DNA of 64,000 bases from the NCBI GenBank assembly GCA_030141605.1, contig JAQGDQ010000128.1, positions 1 to 64,000 of the forward strand. Direction: 5' to 3'. Below, one piece after another: positions 44,741 through 57,102 of this stretch. Position 1 is the first letter of the stretch. Each line of letters begins with the position of its first letter. The notes under the pieces were generated by a model. It saw only the letters and a list, made by a program, of their open reading frames with translations, did no database searches and was not told where the DNA came from. The DNA comes from Tubiluchus corallicola (lineage: Eukaryota; Animalia; Priapulida). The position numbers and the translations under genes are program-made.

Positions 44741-45537
44741 ACTGGTCTAGCACCTGATGTGGATTCCTTGACCTTGAAAAACTAAATTTACACACTAAAA
44801 TCATCATCTTGTCTGCTCTGACAACTGTGATTTCGTCTTTATCTGATGCTGGAGATAGGAATCTTGTTAGCTATCTCGAAGTGGCGGCCTCATTGAACAC
44901 TAATCTATAGCTTTTACTTTTGAAACCCTATGTCTAGTACAAAAATTATCATCCTATATGTCTTAGAACATGCAATATAGCTAATGTATTACACTAGCTG
45001 CAAAACCATCTTGGCAGTCACCTTGAAATTGATCTTGTTCTCAAAATGATAGTCTCTTGTAGAACGACAAAAAACCCTGCTCACTTCGTCTAAAAGTTAC
45101 AATACTTTGTATAAAGCTAAAACCCGTCAAAGTGATTAATTTTGGGTTTCAGGCCAAACGAAAATCATCCAATATTGCCGCCATTTCAAAATGGTCTAAA
45201 AGATGGAAGTCTGTTGCTAGTTTTTTAGGCCGTGTTTTAGCTGCTAGAGCACATGTTCTTATTTTTATAATAAATCTTTAGGTAAGCAGATAATATAATT
45301 GATTGGCATAATTTCTTTTTGTGTGGCGGCGATCTTGAAAACCGCGACCATTGTTGTAACGAAAGTAAAGAAATGGATTGCAAAGGCCTTGGAATAGATG
45401 TCGTCATCGCTTTATAGCAATATTTTTCTGTGAAGGGAACTTGTTTTAATTTACATTGTGTGCGCAAAAACGTTGCAGAAAATTTTGATTTTTTGCGTTT
45501 TTGACCATTTTCCGTTAATTTCTCAAGCCGACAACTG

Positions 45538-45835
45538 TTTTCTTTCGGATTCAGCAAGGTCACATTGATAAGACTGGCTATGTTGTTCACTTTTAGAAAA
45601 AATGCCCCTAGAACTTCATAGAAGTACCTTTTTATGATTTTCTTCTAGTAGCAGCCATTTTGAAAACACTCGTCATTTTTGAAATGAAAATTACAGAAAT
45701 GGTTCCATTAGTCCAACTACCCTGACATAGATGTCATAATGGCTCTTTAATGCAACAGTTTTTTCGGATTCAGCATAGTCAAATTAATAAGACTGGCCAT
45801 GTTGCCCACTTTTAGAAAAACGCTCCTAGAACTTT
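45538..45835 (+). repeat. ~75-bp direct repeat, two copies ~218 bp apart
   Basis: TTTCGGATTCAGCA.GTCA.ATT.ATAAGACTGGC.ATGTTG..CACTTTTAGAAAAA.GC.CCTAGAACTT at ~45543 and ~45762. Confidence 0.8.
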
Positions 45836-47494
45836 GTTGCACATATATACTATTCATGTTTATATATTTTTATATATGTATTTGTTCCTGAAGTGTAAGA
45901 GAGAAAAACGAACTTGATTTGATTTGATTTGACAATTTTGATTTTATCTTAATGCTGTAACTATTCTTACAATGTTTCTTGCTTAATGGTTTCAGTTCCT
46001 TCCGATCTGCTCTTATTGGAAATCTACATTTTTTTCTTTTTCTAATTTAGTTTGTTTGTGATCCCGATATCGTAAACAACTGGCAGTTTCAAATGACACG
46101 TAATCAGGAGGCAGATTTTAGGCGTGTCTGATATTAATAACATAGCAATAGTGAATACTGTGGCTACAGTTTAATTCCTGCATGCATGGTTTGTTTACGT
46201 TATGTGACTACTTACCCTGCTCTAATGTGAATAAGTCTAACAGCTTTTCTTGAGTTTTCTTATATAAAGATTTATATATAGACGGCTGGCAGCAATACGT
46301 TGAGCGCACTTAGGCCTGTTAAGTTCATTAAGATTATAAATGACTCTAGTATTACTAGTACGTTTCATGCAGCATGAAACTTAAGTAATGAGAATAGAGT
46401 AATGTGATCTATTTAGAGTAATTTAATGTTACAGAATATTATGACATTAATGCGATTCAGAAACTATGTCTTCGTTATTCGTTATTATAAAAAGAACTTG
46501 TTTACTAATTTTCTTAGTGTATCCTTCATTTTAGTCAATAACAAGGTAACTGGTAGATAACTAGTATTATACCAGTATTATTACCAGTCGTCGTAGTAAC
46601 CAGTAAGTCGTAGATAAGTAGCATTATATATCATTTTTATATGATATATATGATTCTATATCATGATATATCATTTTTGTCACTTTTCTAAGCATAGATT
46701 CGATTAAACAGCACCTGTTAATATGTGGCAAAATTCGTTTGTGTTCCACGAGACGTAAACATTTCTACGTCTACATCGTTTAATCGTTTTATTGATGAAT
46801 TTGAAAAAATCTCTGTCTTACTTCCATTTCCCTACTCACAATAGCACTTACAAGTGGTAGAAGTACAAAGAATGCCCACCAAAAAAGCTAAAGTTAAAGA
46901 GCAGTTTGCAGATTGCCGCTTAAACTGACAGAATCAGTAGAAGTCCACAAATTTATTTTGCACGACGTGATGTAACCAATTGCTAGGATGACATGTTTTA
47001 ATCTGGGGTCCGGTATTTCACGATTGCAAGCCTCAAAAAATATCTGAAAAAATAAGTCCGTAGGTTGAAATTTTTGAGACTTGCTCATGATGCTAATTTC
47101 TTGGCCACAAATAGTTTATGAATAATTTTTTGAATCCAAAAAAAAAAACAGGTTGCTCATGTGCAAGAACGGAATTCTCATGAAAGAAACATTTCTACCT
47201 GCATTATGTAGCCTAACTCCCAATTTTGATTCAAAAGTCTCTCTAGTGAATCAGTAATAACTGTCACTTCATTCCATCATTCACTTCTCCACTGTAAAGC
47301 ATTATATTGTAACACGCAAACAGAATTTTATTGCAAACTTTCTATTACGTTCAAAAAACACCAAAACAGACTTTATGGCAAAGATAGCCTTTGTCATGTA
47401 CTCGGTAAATTTTTAAATGTACACGGAGTAGCAGTATTGCGTGACTGGCTTTACGACAAACCCACAAAAAACAAACAAACAAGTAAACAACTTG

Positions 47495-47847
47495 TGACGT
47501 CGATTCGATCGGGGACGCTGAACCAACAACTATAGTACGATTTTTTACAAGTAACGTTCTTCCATTTACTGATTATCGATACTCGATACTTTTTTCTGAC
47601 GTCATTAAACACACGTCAATAATGTTTACATCAGGTACTTGGTGGCACAGGTGTTATTTTGACGTGATTGTGATTATTTCGCATTTGTGATCGTGACGTA
47701 AGATCCAACCATAAGTACATGCGCTTAATTTGTTTACAAAATGCAGTCGTCTCCTAGGACAACGCAACGCACTACTAAACAACGCAAAAGTTGTGAAGAC
47801 ACATAATATAATGAGACAAATACAGAAAGGTTAGGAATTGCACGTCA
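47495..47847. promoter_or_regulatory. Cluster of six CRE/ATF-like TGACGT sites (candidate intronic enhancer)
   Basis: Sites at 47495, 47597 (full TGACGTCA), 47613, 47660, 47694 and 47842. Confidence 0.35.
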
Positions 47848-50597
47848 CAGATCACATGATTGGTGATCATTATGAGTAATCCTATTCCTCAGCGGATAGA
47901 AAGACGTTTTAAAAGTGGAAGAAGCAAGTGCATGTGGTTGACAGTGTGCTCAGCTTAGTCTACCTTGGGCTGGAGACATTGCTGCTGCAAATTTAATAGA
48001 TTTTTATTAAAACGCCAAGAAACTTGCTTTCAAAAGCGAGGTGGTTCCTTGCTAGAACGCCTTCAGGTGACATAAATGTTTATAATTGTGATTTCAGAAA
48101 TACAATGTACTGCTCAGTTACGTAGGCGGGGATGCCTAATCGAAATAAAGGTTCGTAATTGAGAGCTTTTATCTGCAACTTGATCTACATTTTCTTCTCG
48201 TCTCGATCATCAATCAAGCTGCTTGTCAAAGTCCGGCACAGCCTCTTCCAATTGCCTTTTAATTTTCTTATAAAATGAAAATGAATGCTTTGCTTTAATG
48301 TCTTATGCTCGCTATGGAACAAATGGAAATCTATTAAATATTTGAAACAAAGAGGAGTGAAAATAAAGAAATAGAAAAAATCATAAGTGAGGGGCTAGAT
48401 TTGAATCAGGAAACTTGGATTACAAATCGACTATACCTCGCATAACCTATAGTGATTACGAAGGATCTTAATTCAATATTTATATTTCGTCAACCGATCC
48501 AACATTTCCCAGTGTTAGTATCTCGACCAGGAATAATTACCGGATAATAAAATTATATCAAGTTTTACTTGCGTTATTATATAATCTTCCACATTTTTGC
48601 TGCCGTTGCAATTTCCTTTGTAATAATTTAATTATTAAGAATTGCATTGTTTCGGCAAGACAGTGCTAAAATATGTTGCGCCATACAGTTTTTAGGTGAA
48701 ACTTAATTGCACAACTCATTTCACGCGGCATATGTCGCCTACAATTACATTAATTACCTTAGGGATGTGGGACGTGCAAATAATTATACACGTACACGCA
48801 TCGATGTCCCTTACAGGAAATATACACGTGCTGAATTGGCTGTATAATTCTCGAATAATTACTTGACCACCTCCTCAGTAACAGGTCAAGCTGTATGTAT
48901 GCGACTTTAATTACCCAGAAGACGTGTTATTTGCTTTTATGATGTTGGATGTTAAAGGTTATAACGACTTGTGTAAATTATGGAATCAACTATACGGATT
49001 AATAACTAAACGATAAGGCTCTTGTATGACGTTCTGCTGATACAAGTCCCTACGGACAATTGACTCAGAGTCATTAGTCAGTCACTGTGACTCGAAACGT
49101 CAAATCGTCGAAATTACTATCGAGGTTGGCTTCAATATCAAAAGCAGCTGTTTTGCGCTTTTTAACATTGTGAATGAGGATTTACAAAAACATTGCTATA
49201 TCATTACAAAAAATAATATTCCACCTCAGTCTGCTACAGTCAGCGAAGAAAACGAAGCAGAACTTCAAATAATGACAAAAAACCTCTCAGTTGCTGAGTA
49301 AGAATTTACCACAAACGAACTTCGTTGGTTAGTTGAGTGCAACGAAAATTAAAAATCAAATTAGTGAGAGATTATGGCTATAGTAGGGATCTACATGAAT
49401 CCATGATGCATATATACAACTGGACCCAATACTGAATGTACACATCCAGGCATATTATTGTTCCATCTGATCTGTGTTTCAAAGCAATTCTGATTCTGCC
49501 GCAAATTGAAAATTATTCATAAAAACGTTTCCCTGTGAATGTAAATTTCAGTGAATGTAGCAGCTGCGGAAAACCCATAGCATGGGCTACATATTTCAAA
49601 CAGTAAAAAATGGCAGTAAAATACAAAAACGAACTAGATAAAGCACGTCTACTTACTATCATGATGCTGTGGGTAAAAACGCATGAAAACTTACTCTGTT
49701 CTAATATTTCGAGCCTCCTCCAAGATTTCTGATAAAATGCTTCAGCAGGGTGTAATTAAACATACATGCAAAATACGTCAACGACTGTAAAAATAATCAT
49801 AATTGAAAACAATGGCATTTCCCTTTTCTTTAATCTTAACGTTGGCAGGTATTTTTTAACTTTCTGGCTTTAGCAAGGGTGTAGCTATGCTTTCTTTGCT
49901 AATAAAACTCACGTCGTAGCTTGGTGAATTTTGAGTTCTGTCCTGTGATAACAAATGCGATTCATCCCGCGAAAGGTGGTGTTGAATGTGCATTTATTAA
50001 ATAAAAGTAAACAAAAACACTGTTGTGCGCCAATTTTTAGATGTCGTTCATAATTTATGACACGCACATATTCCTTGTTTGTACCGAAGTCCATGATCGA
50101 GCTGCGGACTTTAGATTAATGTAGTGTTGTTATAATCCTGAGATTACTGCTGTTTCTAGAGTTTTACGGTATCTATTCATTATTTTTATTGTATTTTACT
50201 TTTTACTGTATTTCGTTTTACTTATTTTTTAGTTTTAAGCCAAGATACAGCCACGAGCTGTGAATTTGTGATGTTTTTATTAGTTTTGATCATCATGGCG
50301 TTCCTGCTTTTCATGACAAGAAATGGTATCATTTTTTCCTGAGAACACACGGTCGAAGAGATGAAGGCAATATTGCCTAAAAAAACTTTTAGAACAGATT
50401 TGGCAGTTGGGATCTGCTAAAATAACAGTGTTTAACAACCGTGCAGGGCTATTTTGTTACCAGAGAACAAACGAAATTTGGTATAATATTACACTGGCTA
50501 GTACACTGTATTGGACCAACATTAATAAAATTTTCAGTTACAGGCAGAGTCAACTGTCCACCAGCAATGTGCAAACCAAATAATAATTTTGCCTTCG

Positions 50598-50814
50598 AAG
50601 TGACTTTTATTTAGCATCCGAATGCGGATGCTTTTTCCACTACGGAACAGTGCGGAATAGCTGCGGAAAAATCAATAGGAATAGCCTCAGAAGAATAACG
50701 CATACGCAGGGTGCATAAACGCTTGCATTGAAAACAATAATAACCGATTTTATCTATTCCGTACCACTCACAACGCATCCGCATCCGGATGCTACATAAA
50801 CCACTAGGTCACTT
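50598..50814. mobile_element. Foldback-type MITE (~217 bp)
   Basis: Inverted arms AAGTGAC..TTTATTTAGCATCCGAATGCGGATGC and GCATCCGCATCCGGATGCTACATAAA..GTCACTT. Confidence 0.7.
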
Positions 50815-51583
50815 AAATGTGATAAACAAAGTAGATTATTATAACTCTACTGACATAGCATTGTTGTTGCGTTGGTAGCGATCACAGTCTATTGTACAAC
50901 TGTGTGGCATTGTGGCATATTTCATTAAATACAGTAAAACTGCCTTTTATAATGGCTGTTACAGTTGGGACACTGTTCACAGTTATTCCAATTATTCTTG
51001 ATAATGTCGGCTAGGTTCACGAAACTCACAGAGCACTCTCCTCAGGCAGGGGGATTTATGTTAATACGTGACTCGTCATCCTTGGGTCAAAGATCACGGA
51101 GCGGACAAGGCTAATTGCCTTTTTCGTTATGCTGGGTCTCCTCCTAAAGTTTTTAAGCTAGGGTCGCAATTTTTTGGATAATGCTAGGTTGGATCGAGAT
51201 ATTGTTCAAGACTGAATATGGGCATTTGTGTATATGAAAATTTTTCGCTAGGAGTAGTGACGGCTCGTAGCTAAAATTAGTGGGGGTGCTGCAAAATAGA
51301 AAAATTTTAGCCATTGTTTTAATACCGTGTATCAAACAACAAAACCTTGATAAACTCGTGAACAAAAAATATCGTTTTCTTGCGAATAGCCTAGATTGTC
51401 GCAGTTCAAGAATATACACGGCTTTTAAACACGTGACAACTGACAACACTAATATTATCGGTAATAATGAGTGAAAACAGGGGATGCTATACACGAGCCG
51501 CCACTGGCTAGGAGACAAATGCCGAAATCGGGAGGTTAGGACACGCATGCTTCCAATGTCGGGTAACAGTGCCTTTTAGTACG

Positions 51584-52060
51584 TCAAATGAAAGGTCTTG
51601 ATGAGCAGAATGGAATGATATGGGCTAGGACCAGATTATTTGACTCTTGTCCCCACTAGACCGAGGGTAAAACCAAAACTGAGGGTCGGGGAGATAAATG
51701 CTGTCAGTGTCAAGCAGCAGCAGGTTGTAATAGGCTATATCAAATGAAATATACCAGTGTAACTAACTGACTGGTATAAGTCGCACCCGCGCTTGTTGAC
51801 CCTTGATCCCGATCGAGGTAAAGTGACAAGTTGCAACTTTAATATCTTATAATGCATCAAATGAAACGTCTTGATAAGACGAATTGAATGGTATGACCGG
51901 TATGAATGGTATAAGCCTAGACTGGTCAACCACTGACCCTACTGCAGGATAAAAAGTGAAATTGCAATGCAGTCGTATTATACAAATGCCTCGTATGTCG
52001 AGCAACATTAGGTTGTAGTACATCAAATGAAAGGTCTCGACGAGACAAATTGAATGTGGA
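51584..52060 (+). repeat. Degenerate long-period tandem repeat (TCAAATGAAAGGTCTTGA..AG..GAAT.GAATG) x 4
   Basis: Units at ~51585, 51740 (partial), 51858 and 52023. Confidence 0.75.
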
Positions 52061-54911
52061 GCACTGGTCAAAAAGTGACAAGCTCTGATTTCATTGAAAC
52101 TGTTAATCGAGTCAAACACAACCGTACTTATGTGCAGTATTACTTATTATTTTGAAAACATTTTTTGTTTGTAAATACAAAACAAAAGCTGAAATTTACA
52201 GCACTACCTGTCACAGAGGCCGAATCTTACCACAGTTTTTTGACGCAGTCAAAAATGTCCACTAGTTTTCATTAAATTTATTTTTAGAGACACTTTAATT
52301 GCTTCAACATATCTTTGATATTCACATCGATCTGGCGAAAGAACCTGGCATCAAAATTAATTAACGAAAATCAGTTTATATCAATAAAGCCAAACTTTAT
52401 GAAAAGCTTCCAAATCCCTTGTTTCTGGGGAATCGGTAAGTGTTAAAAGCGTTCAGTAAGTTACGAAATATACCCTGGTCGCCACCATATGCCGATGGTA
52501 GAATTTTTAAGAATACTGATAATGAAATACATCACGTAATAGTGCTTCTACTTTAGATTGCAATTTGTAGTGAGATTCATCGGGCAACAACATTATTATG
52601 TGTTATGTATATCTACTACTTAATTTTGTTTATTACATTCGCCGGGAGACAAGACCGTTATTACAGTTGCACTTTGCTGAGGTACTTACTGCTGAATAGC
52701 TGATTACTTCGTGATTGAAAATTTTATCAATATAGGTTCAATACTGAGATCGGCAGCGTGCGTTAAAACCCCGTCTATGCGGCCCAGTCTCACAAATGCT
52801 TGCTTGCTGATAGCGGCTACAATACAAAATATATGGACAAACGGGGAAAACGTAACGAATGTGTGCACGTTTAGTGGCAATTTGTCAGTTATTCCAGAAA
52901 ACGTATCACTTTCATGCACTTATCAGACTAAAAGAAATTGTCAAGAAAATCATTGCAAGAAATACCCAACTGACGTCAAGCATATTGGTCTATCGCACCA
53001 CCTCCGGTGTAACGTAAGCGCGCTCAACGGCATTCGGGATAGCAGCTCACGCTGGATAACAACTGTCTTTAGTAACCAATATGACAACTAATGTCTAATC
53101 AGCAGATAAACTGGTTGTATTTTTTATACTCACAAATTTGCAGAGCAGCAGTTATTTTCACACGAAATTAACACTTCAAGTAGCAAAAAACTGACTTTTC
53201 AGTTTAAACAGATTATGGAGACGAAGTCTCAAAGTACTATAAAATGCAGAAACATAACTATAATAAAGAAACTAAGCCAGTTAGCCTTGCTTTGAAATAA
53301 ATGAACAACAAAAATATTATGTCCCTCTTGTCTTTGAACATACGAACATAATATGCCTGCGACGTATGTTTTCTATATAACTGTCCATGTGCTCGCTTGC
53401 AAGATTTATCCAGTTTTTGTATTTTTCCGTTTGTCAGACTACGGAAATGGAATAAATTTGATTGTTCTGTTCCATAGACGACCCTTATATCGACTCCCCG
53501 AGTTACATAAGTCCCAATGGTACCTTTTAACCATGATTATAACCAGAAAAATGGTGTAAAATTAACGAATATTACGTTGATATATAATATAAATTTTGAC
53601 TACATTTGAATTAATTCTACTTAGAGCATGACTATTTTCACAGCAAAACGGTTTAGTCATCAACTCCTAGACGTAAGTGTTGTGCATTTCTTCCTATAAT
53701 TAACGAAACTAGATTATATATTTCCACTAATTCACTCGCATTTTCAATCGAAAATAATAAAATCCAGAACCAGGCCAATATTTCCCCGCTAACTAATGAA
53801 AAGTTGGCATTTTTCATAACTGTATTAGACGCAGCTGCAGCTAAATGTCACGAACGTAACTGCATTAATTAAACTCTGCAGGGGTGTGAAAAATCTTGCA
53901 CGCCGATTGGACAGTCAAAAAGAGAATGTTTGACATGCTTGACGTCAATTATTTCACTTAAGGATATGTGTGTTGTATCAATATGCTGGGCGTTTATGAA
54001 AATGTCAATCGCTGCGCTAACTTTGTTATAAATTTATAGTTTTTTTAGTTATACTTCTGTAAAATTAGTTTCCAGTGCCTTTGTATGTACATAATCAGTC
54101 TAAAAAACTGATGTAAGCAATAATATGGGTTTACACAACACAAGTTACCTCTGACAAACTTTGCGAATAATAATTAAGAAGTATACCATACACTGGACGT
54201 TCAACCTTAGTAATCATTAATGCTATTTTATGGAGTAGCGTAATAAGTGGTAACCTCTTGTATGTGTAGTGCATAAAAAGTGCAGAACTGCATGCCAGTC
54301 TTGCATGTAACCAACAGTGAACAGAAACAGCATAAAAACTTAAATGAAAAAATAGAAAACTAATTAATGGGAGCAAATAGCTTATTTATTAATTTGAAAG
54401 GGTCAGTTTGAGATGTTTGACCCAGCAGCACCTTTGTCTAAGTCTTTTTAGCTTGGCGAACCTTATAATCTGACTCTTTCTAACCTTTCTAACGTCTGCA
54501 TTGCTAGCACCCAAGCACTGTATTTCATCATTTGAACGTCTCTGATTTGCTGCTAAACAAATTTTTATTGCAGAAATTTTGTATGGCTGAAAAAATAAAA
54601 GTAATAACAGTAATACTCCCTTGACATTGGCTCTTGCAGGATATATTTCAATGCGTTATAATTCACGTCTGTATGTGAGCAGCTTTTGTGATGAACTAAT
54701 TACGTGATATTACAGCAGCCCGTCAGCTGAGAAGATGAAAGAAGCAACAACTGTAATCAACTGCAAAAACGTCCTTTTTGCTTTGGAAGTAGTCAACTGA
54801 CAGAGCATTCTCGTATAAAAGGACTTTTTGTTTGCCATGCACCACACTTCTTTGATTGTGGTCTATAGTTACTGTGGTCTAACCATTATTAGAGCAGCTT
54901 TCTTAATCTAA

Positions 54912-55210
54912 TGGTGCGTTCAGACTAGCGATGATAGCAGTTCAGACTCTGAGAGCAGACTCGCAAGTGTGAAGCGTTTTGCGAGTTACTGTCGCAAAGA
55001 AATTGCAAACTCTTCCACAGTTGCTGCGAGTTGATTTACACATGGACGAATTATTCTCGACGCCTCACGCGCCGAATAGAAAAGTGGGTGTCAGCTCTCG
55101 GTTACTGTCAGAGAGTAACTCGCGGCAAGTTTTTCTCTCTAGTCTGAACACGCTTGTGAGTGATATGGCGATTTTACTTGACGAGAAAACTCGGTAGTCT
55201 GAACTCGCCG
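54912..55210. mobile_element. PIF/Harbinger-type MITE (299 bp)
   Basis: TIRs TGGTGCGTTCAGACTA / TAGTCTGAACTCGCCG (13/16), flanked on both sides by TAA; internal copies of the TTCAGACT motif. Confidence 0.8.
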
Positions 55211-55440
55211 TAAAAGTGGTGTATAATTAATGTATCCGCAAATCTTTTGATAAGCCTTATTGTTCAGCTGAACAATGTCCATTGAATATGACACCCATAT
55301 TTTGAAATTATTACAGTTTTATCATTAAGCAATAAAATTTTAAACAGTACGAACGATATTTTATTCATAATACAGTCACAATGATGGGCTCGTTCCAGGA
55401 CGTCTCCACTGAGGTATGTTACATTATTTTTTATACACTT

Positions 55441-55544
55441 TATATATATACGTACATACATACATACATACATACATACATACATACATACATACATACA
55501 TACATACATACATACATACATACATACATACATACATACATACA

Positions 55545-55580
<36 letters not shown>

Positions 55581-55597
55581 TATATGTATATATATAT
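55441..55597. repeat. (TACA)n microsatellite with TA flanks
   Basis: About 30 perfect TACA units. Confidence 0.98.
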
Positions 55598-57058
55598 GCG
55601 CCTGCGTGGCATTTAAATCTATGACAAATTATAACTGCCGAGATATAGGCTAAACGTTTGCAGTGCTGCGCATTATGACAAATAGAAAAGTACACTTTTG
55701 TGTTTTTGTTTTTTTTGCAATTGGTTTTAGCTAATTAGAATGGTAGAACTCTTTGCAGGATTGTAATTATGAGACGACACCAAAATCACTCGAAACCCTG
55801 AATGAAACACAGTCTAATTCAAGTGTCGTTCAGCGCCTGACAAATTGGATTTTTGTGAAAGTTTGATTGGTAACTTTGATTCAAGGTAAAATTGAATCAC
55901 GTCAAACGTCGTCTAAAGTTAACTCTTCTTTTTAGACAAGGCCGAGCACAAATAGAAGGTTTTCAAAGCATAACTTCTTAAAATTCAAAAACATGGAATT
56001 TAACCAACAATTATGCTCTTCAGGGAAACAACATTATACCAAGCAACAGCCAAAACAACAAAATAATTAAAAATATGCTCTATAGAAAGTCCATTTTGAA
56101 ACAATTATTTTTCAAGTCGAAATGCCCGTATTTGTTGCTATTGGGTTAAGAGCAATCACTTGCTCATGTTTTTAGAGTTCTGTTAAAATCAACACAAAGT
56201 GGTTTGAAAAGACCCACGTAGCTCCTGCAAGCTGTGCAGAGCGCCTTACTAAGCCGACATTTCCTACTTTCTTTGTTACAATAATCAGTAATTCCACAAA
56301 ACTGATTGATACGCTGGGTAACACGGTTCTGGAATAAGAGCATACATGAAAAGAATAATTATAGGGTTTAGGTCCTACTATGAAAATAATAAAAAAAACT
56401 CACTGAAACAATGGCGACGGACCACTATGAACGTAGATTTGTTCCTGGCTTGCTGGTCGTGTAGATACTATTTGTTTGTAAAATGGCCAAGTTATTTATG
56501 TCGAAAATTAACTTTTTTACTCCGCGACAATGTTTTACGAACAACGTTCATTGGAAACTTACCTTTAAAAATGGCTGCATGATTCATTCCCGCTACTTGT
56601 ATTAATTCAGGCGAATAGAAAAGAATTATTAGTCTTGTTACTAGTGGCAGATTACATCATTTCAAGGGGAAAATGTGTTTGAGACCTTTTTTTTTATTGG
56701 TTAGAATACAAGTTTGTTCTTATGTGCCACTTCGTTCGTAGGCATCTAACGAAAGTGGGGAAAGGAAAATTAAAATGCGAAATGGCAGCTTTATTTTGAT
56801 ATAAACATCGACACTGTGACTTATACAGGACTGCATTATTGATTCACTAATTGATTGCATCTCACGTTGGATTGTGTAGAAGACGTTTAACTGTTATTTG
56901 ATCGCTTTGCGCGTAGTCTTTTGCTGCGAGTAAAAACCCTTTGCAAAAGGAAAAAGCGAGATCCGGTAATGCAAAATGGCAGCTTTTTCGTGAGAGAAAC
57001 GCATTTATCTGCTTTGCGATTGATTTGTCATTCTGCTTTTTGAAATGATCTGTAATTG

Positions 57059-57061
<3 letters not shown>

Positions 57062-57099
<38 letters not shown>
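57062..57099. repeat. (TA)n microsatellite
   Basis: Direct observation. Confidence 0.95.

Positions 57100-57102
<3 letters not shown>

Noticed and set aside
53960-54035. DMCVVSICWAF peptide as a candidate GPCR TM6 exon
   Set aside because: Lacks PFH, has a weak acceptor in the wrong phase, and stops after ~20 codons.
56568-56990. Three AAATGGC(A/T)GC YY1/Pho-like motifs
   Set aside because: Partly a short local duplication; weak evidence for a Polycomb element.
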